This document shows, piece after piece, positions 1 to 10,798 of a stretch of DNA of 64,000 nucleotides; the stretch's first letter is position 1; each line of letters starts with the position of its first letter. The position numbers and the translations under genes were made by a program. The notes beneath the pieces are model-generated. The model ran no database searches. It saw only the letters and a list, made by a program, of their open reading frames with translations, and was not told the origin of the DNA. Origin of the DNA: Candidatus Woesearchaeota archaeon (GTDB lineage: Archaea; Nanobdellota; Nanobdellia; Woesearchaeales; 21-14-0-10-32-9); NCBI GenBank assembly GCA_047602735.1, contig JBLKOK010000004.1:81033-145032 (forward strand), read 5' to 3'.

Positions 1-1912
1 TGGTGAGCGTTCTGAAGATGATTTAACTCATAAATTAAGTGATATTGTTAGAATTAATCAAAGATTGTTTGAAAATATTAATGCTGGGGCTCCAGAAATA
101 ATAATAGAAGATCTTTGGGACTTATTACAATACCACGTTACAACATTCTTTGATAACGATGTTGCTCAACTTCCACCGGCAAGACATAGAAGTGGTCAGC
201 CTCTAAAAACACTAGTTGGGAGGATAAAAAGTAAAGAAGGTAGGATAAGAACTAATTTAATTGGTAAAAGAACTAATTTTAGTGCAAGAACTGTTATTAG
301 TCCAGATCCAAAAATTGATATTAACGAAGTTGGTGTTCCGGAAGTTATTGCTAAGAAATTAACAATTCCTGAAAGAGTAACTGAATGGAATATTGAATAC
401 TTAAAAGAATTCATTAAAAGAGGAGCAGATGAATATCCGGGCTCTAATTATATGATAAGACCTGATGGAAAAAGAAAAAAGGTTTCAGATGAAACAAAAG
501 AACAATTATTAGAAGAAATCCAACCAGGTTTCATTGTTGAAAGACATTTAATGGATGGAGATATTGCATTATTTAACAGACAGCCTTCTCTTCACAGAAT
601 GAGTATGATGTGTCACAAAGTTAAGGTTTTACCTGGTCTAACTCTAAGGTTAAATCCAGCTGTATGTGCACCTTATAACGCAGATTTCGATGGGGATGAG
701 ATGAACTTACATATTCCTCAAACAGAAGAAGCTAGAGCTGAAGCAGAAATATTAATGCAGGTTCAAACACAAATTATTAGTCCAAGATATGGATTAAGTA
801 TTATTGCTTGTGTACAAGATAGTATCTCTGGAAATTATCTTTTAACAAGGGATGGATTTGAAATATCAAGACAAGAAGCTATAGATTTACTTGCAAGTGC
901 AGGTATTGAGAACTTTGATAAGCTTCCTCAAAAGAAAAGAATTACAGGAAAAGAAATATTTAGTACTATTTTACCTGATGATTTTGACTTTGTTGGAAGA
1001 AGCAGATTATACTCTAAAGATCCAAAAGATCCTGACGCAGTTGTAAAAATTGAAAAAGGAAAATTAGTATCTGGTGTTTTAGATTCTAATAACTTAGGAG
1101 AAGGATCAGGATTACTTTTAAGAAATCTTCACAAAAAGTATGGTGCTGACGAAATTATTAAGTTCTTGAGAAATATCAATGGACTTGGTTCTGAAGTATT
1201 AATGAAGTATGGATTTTCAAGTAAGCTTTCAGATATAGATTTATCTAAAGAAGCATACAGCACTATTGATAAAGAAAAAAAGGAAGCGTATAAAGCAGTA
1301 GAATCTTTAATTGCTGAATACAAATCTGGTAAGCTTGAAAGTTTACCTGGAAGAAGCCTTGAAGAAAGCTTAGAACTTAGAATATTAGAAAAGTTAAACA
1401 AATTAAGAAATGAAGCAGGTAAAATTGTTGAAGAAACCAGTCCTCAAGATTCAAACACCATGGCTATGGTAAGATCTGGAGCGCGTGGTAATACTATTAA
1501 CTTAGCTCAAATGGCTGCAATAGTAGGACAGCAAGCTCTTCGTGGAGGAAGAATAGGTCAAGGATTTAAACAAAGATCTCTTTCTTGCTTTAAGAAAAAT
1601 GACTTGGGAGCTGATGCACGTGGATTTGTTCAGACTGGATTTAAGTTTGGTTTAAAACCTCACGAAATGTTCTTTATGGCAATGACAGGAAGAGATAGCC
1701 TGATGGATACTGCTCTAAGAACTCCAAAGTCTGGTTATCTTTATAGAAGACTTGCAAATGCTATGCAGGATTTAAAGGTAGAATATGATTTCACTGTAAG
1801 AGATGCATCTAAAAAAATAGTTCAGTTTAACTATGGTGAAGACGGACTTGATGTATCAAAAACTGAAGGTGGAAAAATCAACATTAAAAGTATTATAGAG
1901 TCAACTCAGTAG
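1..1912 (+). CDS. rpoA1: DNA-directed RNA polymerase subunit A' (5'-truncated by window edge)
   Basis: Catalytic NADFDGD motif, NRQPSLH and GKRTNFSAR; frame is open upstream to the window start (GERSEDDLTHKL). Confidence 0.98.
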   Translation, partial: GERSEDDLTHKLSDIVRINQRLFENINAGAPEIIIEDLWDLLQYHVTTFFDNDVAQLPPARHRSGQPLKTLVGRIKSKEGRIRTNLIGKRTNFSARTVISPDPKIDINEVGVPEVIAKKLTIPERVTEWNIEYLKEFIKRGADEYPGSNYMIRPDGKRKKVSDETKEQLLEEIQPGFIVERHLMDGDIALFNRQPSLHRMSMMCHKVKVLPGLTLRLNPAVCAPYNADFDGDEMNLHIPQTEEARAEAEILMQVQTQIISPRYGLSIIACVQDSISGNYLLTRDGFEISRQEAIDLLASAGIENFDKLPQKKRITGKEIFSTILPDDFDFVGRSRLYSKDPKDPDAVVKIEKGKLVSGVLDSNNLGEGSGLLLRNLHKKYGADEIIKFLRNINGLGSEVLMKYGFSSKLSDIDLSKEAYSTIDKEKKEAYKAVESLIAEYKSGKLESLPGRSLEESLELRILEKLNKLRNEAGKIVEETSPQDSNTMAMVRSGARGNTINLAQMAAIVGQQALRGGRIGQGFKQRSLSCFKKNDLGADARGFVQTGFKFGLKPHEMFFMAMTGRDSLMDTALRTPKSGYLYRRLANAMQDLKVEYDFTVRDASKKIVQFNYGEDGLDVSKTEGGKINIKSIIESTQ

Positions 1913-1922
1913 GTGTATTTAA

Positions 1923-3062
1923 ATGACAACAGATAAAATATTAGCAAAATATGAAGATAAGTTACCTCGAAGCGTATTAGAGGAGGTAAAAGAAAATTTA
2001 CCAAAAGACATAAAGGAAGATAGACTTGAGAGAATAATGCAAAAAGTGCATGAAGAATACTTATTCTGTCTTGCTGTTCCTGGAGAAAGCGTAGGGGTTA
2101 TTAGTGCTGAGAGTATTGGTGAGCCAGGTACACAGATGACATTGAACACGTTCCACTTTGCAGGAGTTAGTGAGATGAACGTTACAACTGGTCTTCCTAG
2201 ATTAATTGAGGTCTTAGATGGTAGAAAGACTATCAGTTCTGAGCTTATGCATATTTACTTAAAAGAACCTTACAATCAAGGAAAAAACATAAAAGAAGTA
2301 AGTGAAGGATTAAGAGAGTTAACACTTAACGATTTCTTAAAAGAAATAAATACTAACTTAGTAGAATCAAGACTAGAAATAGTATTAGATCCTGCTAAAT
2401 TAAAATTGTTAAGTACAACTACTGAAGCTTTAGTTGGTACTCTAAAAAAATCTGTTAAAACATTTAGCTTTGAAGCCGTAGGAAATCAAATAAATGTTGT
2501 TCAAAACGCAAAAGAAAAAGACGTTGTTGAATTATACAAATTAAAAGAAAAGCTAAAAAAAGTTTATGTACATGGAATAAAAGGTGTAACTCAAGCACTT
2601 GTTGTTAAAAAAGACGAGGAATACGTTATAATAACTGCAGGTAGCAACTTAAAAGATGCTCTTAAAAAAGAGTTTGTAGATGGTAAAAGAAGCTACACTA
2701 ACGATTTATACGAAATGGAAAAAATATATGGTATTGAAGCTGTTCGTGAACTAATAATTCGTGAATTAATGGGTGTTATTGACGGTCAAGGTCTAAACGT
2801 TGACATAAGACATATAATGCTTGTTGCAGATACTATGTGTATGTCTGGAAAATTACAAGGAATAAACAGATATGGTATCGTTAAAGAAAAACCAAGTATA
2901 CTTGCAAGAGCAAGCTTTGAAACTCCTATGACTCATTTAATTAATGCGTCACTTCAAGGAGAAAAAGATCCTCTTGGAAGCGTAATTGAAAACGTTATGT
3001 TAAACCAGCCAGTACCTATAGGAACGGGTCTGCCTGGACTTATAATTAAAACTAAGAAGTGA
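1923..3062 (+). CDS. rpoA2: RNA polymerase subunit A''
   Basis: [30 protein letters not shown] motifs; follows rpoA1. Confidence 0.98.
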   Translation: MTTDKILAKYEDKLPRSVLEEVKENLPKDIKEDRLERIMQKVHEEYLFCLAVPGESVGVISAESIGEPGTQMTLNTFHFAGVSEMNVTTGLPRLIEVLDGRKTISSELMHIYLKEPYNQGKNIKEVSEGLRELTLNDFLKEINTNLVESRLEIVLDPAKLKLLSTTTEALVGTLKKSVKTFSFEAVGNQINVVQNAKEKDVVELYKLKEKLKKVYVHGIKGVTQALVVKKDEEYVIITAGSNLKDALKKEFVDGKRSYTNDLYEMEKIYGIEAVRELIIRELMGVIDGQGLNVDIRHIMLVADTMCMSGKLQGINRYGIVKEKPSILARASFETPMTHLINASLQGEKDPLGSVIENVMLNQPVPIGTGLPGLIIKTKK

Positions 3063-3068
3063 AATTAA

Positions 3069-3320
3069 ATGGAAGAAATTAAAAAATTATTAGGAACAAA
3101 AAACCTTATAATAGGTAAAGAAGAAACTATGAAAGCTATAAGGAGTGGGGAGCTAAAAAAAGTATTTTTGGCAAGTAACGCAGATCCTAGTCTAAAAGAA
3201 GACATCGAATATTACAATAAGATAAAAGAATTCGAAGTTGTTTTATTAAAAATAAATAATGAAGATCTAGGTGTTATGTGTAAAAAACCTTTTAGTATTC
3301 AGGTACTTGGAGTAAAATGA
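3069..3320 (+). CDS. rpl30e: 50S ribosomal protein L30e (L7Ae family)
   Basis: IIGKEETMKAI...LGVMCKKPF; conserved position after rpoA2. Confidence 0.9.
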   Translation: MEEIKKLLGTKNLIIGKEETMKAIRSGELKKVFLASNADPSLKEDIEYYNKIKEFEVVLLKINNEDLGVMCKKPFSIQVLGVK

Positions 3321-3724
3321 AGTATGATGTTGAGCTTCTTCAAATAATGTCTTTATTTGAAAAGATAACCAGAACTAAGTTAAAGGATGCTCTTTTTTTC
3401 AAAGAAAAACTAGTTTTTATTGTGCCTGAAGGTAATTTAGCTAAGGCTTTAGGCAAAAATAAGGCTAACGTCGAGAAAATAGAGAAGGCTATTAATAGAA
3501 AGATTAAAATAGTCGAATTCAGTTCTGATAAGTTAAGATTCATCAAAAATGTGATGTCTCCATTAAAAATTTTGGAGATATCTGAAGTTGATGGAGTCGT
3601 AACAATTAAGGGTCCTGATCAAAAAACTAAGGGTTTGATGATTGGTAGTAGGGCTCAAAATCTTCGTGCTTACGAAGAAATCGTAAAAAAATATTATGAT
3701 TTAGAAGAAATTAAGGTGATTTAA
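3317..3724 (+). CDS. nusA: Archaeal NusA-like KH-domain transcription factor
   Basis: Two KH-like GxxG-derived motifs; rpoA2-L30e-nusA-S12 synteny. Confidence 0.9.
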   Translation: MKYDVELLQIMSLFEKITRTKLKDALFFKEKLVFIVPEGNLAKALGKNKANVEKIEKAINRKIKIVEFSSDKLRFIKNVMSPLKILEISEVDGVVTIKGPDQKTKGLMIGSRAQNLRAYEEIVKKYYDLEEIKVI

Positions 3725-3726
3725 AA

Positions 3727-4164
3727 GTGGGTAAAAAATCTTCAGGAATTAACGCTGGAAAAAAATTAAAAAGTAGAAGAAGTATAGCTAGAAAGCAAGA
3801 TAAGTGGTATGCTAAAAAAGTTTTAGGATTAAAAGTTAAAAGCGATCCTTTAGAAGGAGCAAGCCAAGGTAGTGGTATTGTTTTAGAAAAGGTTCAAAGA
3901 GAAGCTAAGCAGCCAAACTCTGCTATGAGGAAGTGTGTCAGGGTTCAACTTATCAAGAATGGTAAACAAATAACTGCTTTCTTACCTGGTGATGGGGCTC
4001 AAAAGATGGTTGACGAACACGATGAAGTAGTCGTTGAATGTATGGGTGGCTCTATGGGTAGAAGTAAAGGTGATATTCCTGGAGTTAGATGGCAAGTTAT
4101 AAAGGTTAATGACCAGTCCTTGCAAGCTTTACTTGGCGGTAAAGTTGAAAAAGCTAGAAAATAA
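3727..4164 (+). CDS. rps12: 30S ribosomal protein S12 (uS12)
   Basis: [15 protein letters not shown] and GDIPGVR motifs. Confidence 0.97.
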   Translation: MGKKSSGINAGKKLKSRRSIARKQDKWYAKKVLGLKVKSDPLEGASQGSGIVLEKVQREAKQPNSAMRKCVRVQLIKNGKQITAFLPGDGAQKMVDEHDEVVVECMGGSMGRSKGDIPGVRWQVIKVNDQSLQALLGGKVEKARK

Positions 4165-4184
4165 GTTCTTAGTTTTTTTTTGTT

Positions 4185-5102
4185 TTATTTTTTTTGTATT
4201 TTACACACAAAAAAGCCTTCTGTATCGTTATCTTGAGGAAGTATTCTAAGACACTTAGAAACTCTAGGGTCGTATTTTTTATTTTCAAATTCTAAAATTG
4301 CTGGCTGACGATTTATATTTAGCTCTATATCTAATACTTCTGCGTCTTCAAATTCTTTTAACAAATAATCTATAACTTCTTCGTTTTCTTCAGGCTCTAA
4401 AGTACAAGTACTATAAACAAGTATTCCTCCTTTTTTAAGAAGCTGATATGCTTTTCGTATAAGTTTTTTTTGTATGCTTTGCATCCTTTTAACAAGACCA
4501 AAACTATACATCTCTGCTATCTTAAAATTTCTTCTAATCGTTCCTGTACCGCTACATGGTGCATCAACGCTTATCTTATCGTACTCTCCTTTAACTTGTT
4601 CTCCTCTCATATGATTAATTATAGTATTACTAACACCGCACCTGGTAAGGTTTAATCCAAGAGCGCTAAGTCTTTTACCACTCTCATCATTTGCTATAAG
4701 CATTCCTTTATTATCCATATACATTGCTAGCTGAGTAGTCTTGCTACCTGGAGCGCTGCACATATCAAGTACAATATCGTGTGGCTTTGGATTTAGTACT
4801 ACTGGTGGAATCATACTGGCTGGGTCTTGAACATAAATATATCCTAGTTGATGTTCTGGTAAGTTACCAATATCAAACCTGTCTCCGTCTTTATACGTTA
4901 TCCAAAAACCTTCTTTACACCAAGGAACGGGTATAAGATTCCATCTATCTTCTAATCTTTTCTTTAAGTCTTCAACGCTTATCTTTAGAGTATTAACTCT
5001 GATAGCTTTTGTAATATACTTAGAACTATATTCTTTGAACTCTTCGTATTTATCTTTTAAAAGTTCTTGGTATCTTTCTTCAAAATCTTTTTTTAACTCC
5101 AT
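4185..5102 (-). CDS. RsmB/NOP2 family RNA m5C methyltransferase
   Basis: DMCSAPGSKT, DAPCSGTG and YSTCT motifs. Confidence 0.93.
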   Translation of the reverse strand: MELKKDFEERYQELLKDKYEEFKEYSSKYITKAIRVNTLKISVEDLKKRLEDRWNLIPVPWCKEGFWITYKDGDRFDIGNLPEHQLGYIYVQDPASMIPPVVLNPKPHDIVLDMCSAPGSKTTQLAMYMDNKGMLIANDESGKRLSALGLNLTRCGVSNTIINHMRGEQVKGEYDKISVDAPCSGTGTIRRNFKIAEMYSFGLVKRMQSIQKKLIRKAYQLLKKGGILVYSTCTLEPEENEEVIDYLLKEFEDAEVLDIELNINRQPAILEFENKKYDPRVSKCLRILPQDNDTEGFFVCKIQKK

Positions 5103-5268
5103 AGTATATAATTTAAGAATTATTTAACTTTATTTAAATCCTATTTTTTTCCGTATTCTCATGGATGATTTTCGTTTTTTACTAAGTAATTCTTATTAAA
5201 TACATATCATTTAGTTTTAATTGGGATATAAAATTAGCTTATGTCAATATTTCAAGAACTAATTGTTC

Positions 5269-5796
5269 TTAATTTTTTATTTCTTTTAATGCTATCTCAA
5301 CAGCTTCTTTAGCACTAGTTGCACTAATACATCTAACTCTTTTTCTATCATCAATAAATTCTCCTGTAAGCTTATCTGACCATCCTCCAGTTCCTTTCAT
5401 AACAATTAAAGGAATATTTGATTGATACCCAATAGCGAGTTCAGTTAATGTTCCACTTCCTCCTCCTATTGCAATAACTGCATCGCAACTATTTACTAAA
5501 ACAAACTCTCTTCCTCCTCCTCTCTCAATCCCGCAGCTAATAATTATATCTGTGCTTTCTTTATCAAATATGTCTTTACCTTTACCATATGTAACTCCGA
5601 CAGTAAGTCCTCCTGCACTTTTAGCTCCTCTTGCTGCTGCTGTTGATAGGCTATCATAATCTTTTTCTGCTCCATAAACCACTATGTTACCGCTTCTTGC
5701 AATTTCTCTTCCTATCTCTAAAGCTATACTCTCAACTTCTTTTGCATAATTTAGATCTGCTGCACTTCCCATAACTCCTATTTGATATTTTCTCAT
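5269..5796 (-). CDS. LOG/TIGR00725-like Rossmann-fold nucleotide-binding protein
   Basis: IGVMGS, GAKSAGG and AIGGGSGTLTE motifs. Confidence 0.85.
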   Translation of the reverse strand: MRKYQIGVMGSAADLNYAKEVESIALEIGREIARSGNIVVYGAEKDYDSLSTAAARGAKSAGGLTVGVTYGKGKDIFDKESTDIIISCGIERGGGREFVLVNSCDAVIAIGGGSGTLTELAIGYQSNIPLIVMKGTGGWSDKLTGEFIDDRKRVRCISATSAKEAVEIALKEIKN

Positions 5797-5809
5797 TTTT
5801 TTCCTCCAA

Positions 5810-5948
5810 TTACTTTTTGTTTATTAAAAAATTTCTAGCTTCATCTTTTGCATAATTTGCACTTTCTTTCAAATCTTTTGTTTCAAAATATTTTGTACAA
5901 AACGCAACAAAAAATGTATCTCCTGCTTCAATAAATTGTAACTTTCAT
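5810..5948 (-). pseudogene. Internally deleted remnant of a PfkB/ribokinase-family kinase
   Basis: ATG AAA GTT ACA ATT TAT TGA overlaps the upstream stop. A shifted frame reads EAGDTFFVAFCTKYFETKDLKESANYAKDEARNFLINKK*, resembling the PfkB C-terminal GAGDxF signature. Confidence 0.55.
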
Positions 5949-7012
5949 AGTAACTCAAAAACCTCTTTATATATATCTTTATATTTTTCAACTTCATTTA
6001 AGTTAACATATTCTTTTTTTGTGTGCGCAACATCTAATCTTCCTGGTCCTAAAACAATACAAGGTCCTAATTCTTTAATAATTCCTCCTTCAGACCATGC
6101 AAGAAATCGCTCAAAACGATTAATATTAAATTTTTTCAAAATATTTTTAAGATTTTTTTCAACTTCTTTATCTTTCATATTAAAATAATCTCCAAAGAAT
6201 GTAAGTTCTACATCTCCTTTGTGTTCTTCTATTTTTGTTTTATAATAATCGAACTTTTCTTTGATATTTATTCCTGGCTTAAATCTTTGTTCAAATTTTA
6301 AAACACATTCACTAGGAACTATGTTTCCAGATCCGTTTGAATTAATATATCCTATGTTTTGACTAGCCAGATCTTTGTCTTTTTCATGTACTTGATTCAA
6401 ATAATTAATTATTTGGTTCATCTTAGTTAGGGCGTTATTATTATTGTTATTAGCTATATCATTTAAGCTGCCGTGCATACTAATTCCTTTTGTTTTAACT
6501 CTATAACCTATACAACTATTTTGTGATGTATAACAAATATTTGTAGTTGGTTCAGGTAAAATAATAAGGCCAAATTGTTTATTTTTTAACTTTTCTTTAA
6601 TAAGAATAGCTCCTTTACCACTTGTTTCTTCATCACTACTAAAAGCAAGTATTATATCTTTATCATAATCTTTGTCCAAGACAGCACTAATAATTGCACT
6701 TATTCCTGCTTTCATATCACAACTTCCAAGACCTACGAGTTTATCTTCATAAATCTCTGCTTTACTAAACCAATCTCCTTTAACTGTATCTGTATGCATT
6801 AAAACAAGTATTGGTTTTCTCTTAGGATTCTTTGAAGGAATATTAATTATAAAATTATATAATTCTAATTCTCCTTTTTGTTGTTTAATAATTTCTTGTT
6901 CATATCCTTCAAAACATTGTTGTATATAATTAACTATTTCTTTATTTGTTATAGCTGGATTTGATTTTATGTTCACAAGTTCTTTTAATATAGTTTTAAC
7001 ATCTTTATTCAT
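5945..7012 (-). CDS. M20/ArgE/DapE family metallo-amidohydrolase
   Basis: HTDTV, GLGSCDMKAG, DEE and GPG..AHT..EY metal-binding motifs. Confidence 0.9.
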   Translation of the reverse strand: MNKDVKTILKELVNIKSNPAITNKEIVNYIQQCFEGYEQEIIKQQKGELELYNFIINIPSKNPKRKPILVLMHTDTVKGDWFSKAEIYEDKLVGLGSCDMKAGISAIISAVLDKDYDKDIILAFSSDEETSGKGAILIKEKLKNKQFGLIILPEPTTNICYTSQNSCIGYRVKTKGISMHGSLNDIANNNNNNALTKMNQIINYLNQVHEKDKDLASQNIGYINSNGSGNIVPSECVLKFEQRFKPGINIKEKFDYYKTKIEEHKGDVELTFFGDYFNMKDKEVEKNLKNILKKFNINRFERFLAWSEGGIIKELGPCIVLGPGRLDVAHTKKEYVNLNEVEKYKDIYKEVFELL

Positions 7013-7013
7013 C

Positions 7014-7817
7014 TTATATTGCTCCTTGGATATATTTATCTAAATTTGTTAAAATGTCATATACTCCTAAAGTATAATTATCTTTTGATACTCCGTCTGC
7101 TTTTTCTTTGACTTCTTTTTCTGCGTTATTTACTGCAAAAAAATAATCAAATTTTTTAGCCAGAACTAAATCAAATAAATCATCACCTATACATATAAAT
7201 GTACTTTTTGGATAAAAATTTTTCCTAATAAACTCTAGTCCTGTTGCTTTATCACAATCTTTTGGATTAAAAATAATATTTCCGAAATTTGAACTTTTTA
7301 TACTAAAATTTTCATTCAATTCTTTGTTTTCTTTAAATGATTGAGTTATATTTTTAATAATAGACAACTCTTTTATTAATTCGGTATCTTTTACTCTTTT
7401 TACATGTATACTAAAACTATATTTTCTGAATTTATTAATAAAAAAATAAATCTCATCTTCTAATTTTTTACTATTTTTTATTATATCGACTGTATCTAAA
7501 ATAAGTATTTTACTTTTTGGATAACTATTACTAATAATACTTTTTATTAAATCAATATATTCTTCTGATTGTTTATTATTAGTTAAAATATATTCTTTAC
7601 CTTTGTTATAAACTAAACATACATTTTCTGCAACTATGATGCTATTCAATCCGAATTCGTCTTCCACGATTTTTATATCTTCATAAGATCTATTTGAATT
7701 TAATACATAAACATTTTTTTTATCTTTTTTAAAATAATCTTTTAATTTTAAAGTATTAACACCGTATTTATAATCATAAAGTGTTCCATCAATATCTAGC
7801 ATTATTATTTTTTTCAT
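7014..7817 (-). CDS. HAD-superfamily hydrolase, Cof/IIB type (phosphoglycolate phosphatase-like)
   Basis: DIDGTL motif I, K..GL and IGDDLFD motif IV. Confidence 0.85.
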   Translation of the reverse strand: MKKIIMLDIDGTLYDYKYGVNTLKLKDYFKKDKKNVYVLNSNRSYEDIKIVEDEFGLNSIIVAENVCLVYNKGKEYILTNNKQSEEYIDLIKSIISNSYPKSKILILDTVDIIKNSKKLEDEIYFFINKFRKYSFSIHVKRVKDTELIKELSIIKNITQSFKENKELNENFSIKSSNFGNIIFNPKDCDKATGLEFIRKNFYPKSTFICIGDDLFDLVLAKKFDYFFAVNNAEKEVKEKADGVSKDNYTLGVYDILTNLDKYIQGAI

Positions 7818-8007
7818 ATTCTTATTCTATTTATACAACTCTCAAATAATCATTCTTTATAAAGTATATTTGTAGGGTTTTCTTTTTAAAGGTTTATTAA
7901 TTAATAAGATTGTTTATAGGTTATAATATATTATAATTGTTTTTTTTTTGTGTATATACAAAAAATTAAGAAGTGTTTATTATACTTCGTTGGCAGTTTT
8001 CGAATTC

Positions 8008-8027
8008 TTTCCGAGTATATTCGGAAA
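8008..8027. promoter_or_regulatory. Near-perfect 20-bp palindrome, candidate transcription-factor site
   Basis: TTTCCGAGTATATTCGGAAA in the divergent intergenic region, about 35 nt upstream of a TTTATAAA box for slyD. Confidence 0.4.
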
Positions 8028-8149
8028 TCTTTCATTAACACCTAAGTTTACTTATAGAAACATTTATAAAAAATATGGTCCTTCTTTAATGCATAGTTCT
8101 TCTCTACAATTCATAAGTCAAGTAGAGTTAGAAGGAGAAATAACTTAAA

Positions 8150-8812
8150 ATGTTAAAGAAAAATGATTTTATAGAGCTCGATTATACAGGATATAATTCA
8201 AATAACGTTGTATTTGATACTACAAAACAAGATGTTGCTAAAAAACATGATTTAAAAGACGGTAATTATAAGCCTCTAGTTATCGCTGTTGGAAGAAGAC
8301 ATATTCTTCCTGGCTTAGACCAAAAATTAATTGGTTTAACTATTGGAAAACATGAAATAAACTTATCAGAAAACGAGGCTTTTGGACCAAAAGATCCAAA
8401 GAACTTAAAGCTTATGCCTATGAAACTCTTTAAAAAAGAAAACATAAGGCCTTTTGTTGGACTTGAGTTAAACATAGATGATCGCTTAGGTGTTGTAAGA
8501 AATGTAAGTGGTGGAAGAGTAATCGTAGATTTTAACCATCCTCTTGCAGGTCAATCAATTAAATACGAAGTTGAAATTAAAAGTAAAGTTGAAGATAAAC
8601 AAAAGCAAGTTGAAGGGGTGTTAAAAATATTAAACATTCCTTTCAAATCTGTTAGCGTAAAAGAAAAAGAAGCTAAAGTAATAACTCTTATGAAATTACC
8701 AGAACCAGTTACTGATATGTTAAACAAAGAATTAAACGAACTTACTGGTTTAAAAGTTATTTTCGAAGAAGAAAAAAAGGAAGAAAAAAAGACTGAAGAT
8801 AAAAAAGTTTAA
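8150..8812 (+). CDS. slyD: FKBP-type peptidyl-prolyl isomerase (archaeal SlyD)
   Basis: VFDTT, GRRHILPGLD and VDFNHPLAG motifs. Confidence 0.9.
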   Translation: MLKKNDFIELDYTGYNSNNVVFDTTKQDVAKKHDLKDGNYKPLVIAVGRRHILPGLDQKLIGLTIGKHEINLSENEAFGPKDPKNLKLMPMKLFKKENIRPFVGLELNIDDRLGVVRNVSGGRVIVDFNHPLAGQSIKYEVEIKSKVEDKQKQVEGVLKILNIPFKSVSVKEKEAKVITLMKLPEPVTDMLNKELNELTGLKVIFEEEKKEEKKTEDKKV

Positions 8813-8842
8813 ATAACTTAAATTATCAATTAATATTTAAGG

Positions 8843-9946
8843 GTGGATAAACAAATGAATTATACTATAAAAGATGTGAAGGGATCAGATGTAAAGCCTA
8901 AGTCAAATGCTTTAGATGCGGAGTTAGAAGAGTTATTATCTAAACAAAAAGCAAAGATAAAAGTTTTTGGCTGTGGAGGTGGAGGAAACAACACTATAAA
9001 CAGAATTACTGAAATAGGTATTGTCGGAGCAGAAACTATTGCTTTAAACACTGATGCTCAAGATCTTTTATACACAAGTGCAGATAAAAAAATTCTTATC
9101 GGGCGTGATTTAACAAAAGGACTTGGAGCTGGTAGCATACCTAAGATTGGTGAAGAATCTGCAAGAGAGTCCGAACAAGAAATCAAACAATCTCTTCAAG
9201 GAGCAGACATGATATTCATAACATGTGGTATGGGTGGGGGAACTGGTACTGGGGCTGCACCTGTAGTAGCAGAATTATCAAAAAAATCAGGGGCGTTAAC
9301 TGTTGGAGTGGTAACTGTGCCTTTCAAGATGGAAGGTCAAAGAAGATATGAAAACGCGATTGTAGGTCTTGATTCTCTTCAAAAAAATGTTGATACATTA
9401 ATAGTTATACCAAATGATAAATTATTAGAATTAGCACCTGACTTACCTCTTCATACAGCTTTTAAGATTGCAGATGAAATATTAACTAATGCAGTTAAAG
9501 GAATAGCTGAACTTGTAACAAAAGCAGGTCTTGTAAACTTAGATTTTGCTGACATAAGAGCAGTTATGGGTGATGGTGGAGTTGCACTTATTGGTGTTGG
9601 AGAATCTGACTCTGAACAAAGAGCAACTGATGCTGTTGACAAAGCAATAAATAATCCTTTGCTAGATGTAGATATTGAAGGTGCTAATGGTGCTTTGATA
9701 AATGTATCTGGGGGATCAGATATGACTTTGGAAGAAGCAAGAAAGGTTGTTGAAAAAATATCTGAAAAATTAGATCAGGATGCAAGAATGATTTGGGGAG
9801 CTCAAATACTTGATGATTTGAAAGGCGCAGTAAGAGTGATGCTTGTTGTTACTGGTGTTAAAAGCAGTCAGATAGTTGGGAAAACAAATCTAAAAGACAG
9901 AAAAAAAGAAGCTGAATCTGAGCTTGGAATTCAGTTTGTAGATTAA
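8843..9946 (+). CDS. ftsZ: Cell division protein FtsZ
   Basis: GGGTGTG tubulin signature, NLDFAD; adjacent to secE-spt5. Confidence 0.98.
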   Translation: MDKQMNYTIKDVKGSDVKPKSNALDAELEELLSKQKAKIKVFGCGGGGNNTINRITEIGIVGAETIALNTDAQDLLYTSADKKILIGRDLTKGLGAGSIPKIGEESARESEQEIKQSLQGADMIFITCGMGGGTGTGAAPVVAELSKKSGALTVGVVTVPFKMEGQRRYENAIVGLDSLQKNVDTLIVIPNDKLLELAPDLPLHTAFKIADEILTNAVKGIAELVTKAGLVNLDFADIRAVMGDGGVALIGVGESDSEQRATDAVDKAINNPLLDVDIEGANGALINVSGGSDMTLEEARKVVEKISEKLDQDARMIWGAQILDDLKGAVRVMLVVTGVKSSQIVGKTNLKDRKKEAESELGIQFVD

Positions 9947-9950
9947 TAAA

Positions 9951-10187
9951 ATGGCGTTTGAAAAATTTAAAACATTTATGGGGGAGTGCTCAAGAGTACT
10001 CAGAGTTACAAGAAAACCAAATAAGGAAGAATACAAAGTTATATCAAAAGTATCGGCTATAGGTATAGTTTTAATTGGGGCTATAGGTTTCATTTTAAGA
10101 CTTGTTGAAGATTTTTCAACATTGTTTATAGCTTCAGGTGTTGTTATAGCGATTGTATTTGCATTATTATATTTGATTAAAGAGTGA
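9951..10187 (+). CDS. secE: Protein translocase SecE/Sec61-gamma (with an extra C-terminal hydrophobic helix)
   Basis: RVLRVTRKP..EEY followed by a TM helix; ftsZ-secE-spt5 synteny. Confidence 0.9.
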   Translation: MAFEKFKTFMGECSRVLRVTRKPNKEEYKVISKVSAIGIVLIGAIGFILRLVEDFSTLFIASGVVIAIVFALLYLIKE

Positions 10188-10753
10188 TATATATGGAAGA
10201 AAACATCTTAAAAAGCAATAAACCTTCAAAAGAAGAATTAGACAAAATAAAAGAATTAGATCAAGAACCAGAAGAGGAGCAAGAAGAAAAAAAGCAAGAA
10301 GAAATTTCTACTCACTTATTTGGTTTAAGAACAACAGCAAACAGAGAAGATCAGGTTATGAGTTTTCTTGCAAGTAATGTTCCAAGAAAAAAAGTTGATG
10401 TTTTTAGTGTTATAAGACCACATGGTATGAGGGGATACATATTCGTTGAAGCGGCTACAAGGCAAGACGTTGAGCAAGCTGCTTATGGTATTCCTTATAG
10501 TAGGGGTGTTTTACCGAGTGAGATTGGTTATAAAGAAATAGAGCATATGCTTGAACAGGCTAAAAAAGAAGTTAATATTAAGAAAAATGATATTGCTGAA
10601 ATTATTAGTGGTCCGTTCAAAAGACAGCAATGTAAGATTACAAGGGTTGATAAAGCAAAAGAAGAAGTCGTTGTCGAGCTTTTAGAAGCTGCGGTACCTA
10701 TTCCGATAACGTTAAAGATGGATGCTGTAAAAGTTGTAAGAAGAGATTCTTAA
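10184..10753 (+). CDS. spt5: Transcription elongation factor Spt5/NusG
   Basis: GYIFVEA NGN domain, KOW IISGPFK, AVPIPIT. Confidence 0.95.
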   Translation: MIYMEENILKSNKPSKEELDKIKELDQEPEEEQEEKKQEEISTHLFGLRTTANREDQVMSFLASNVPRKKVDVFSVIRPHGMRGYIFVEAATRQDVEQAAYGIPYSRGVLPSEIGYKEIEHMLEQAKKEVNIKKNDIAEIISGPFKRQQCKITRVDKAKEEVVVELLEAAVPIPITLKMDAVKVVRRDS

Positions 10754-10798
10754 AGGTAACTTTTATAAAGCAAACTATATTCTTCAAGGTGTGATAAA

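Noticed and set aside
3727-4184. rps12 not followed by rps7/EF-2
   Set aside because: Fragmented ribosomal operons are common in reduced archaeal genomes; not a distinct system.
7948-8148. 66-aa ORF upstream of slyD
   Set aside because: TTG start within a T-run, no RBS, and it overlaps the slyD TATA box and UTR.
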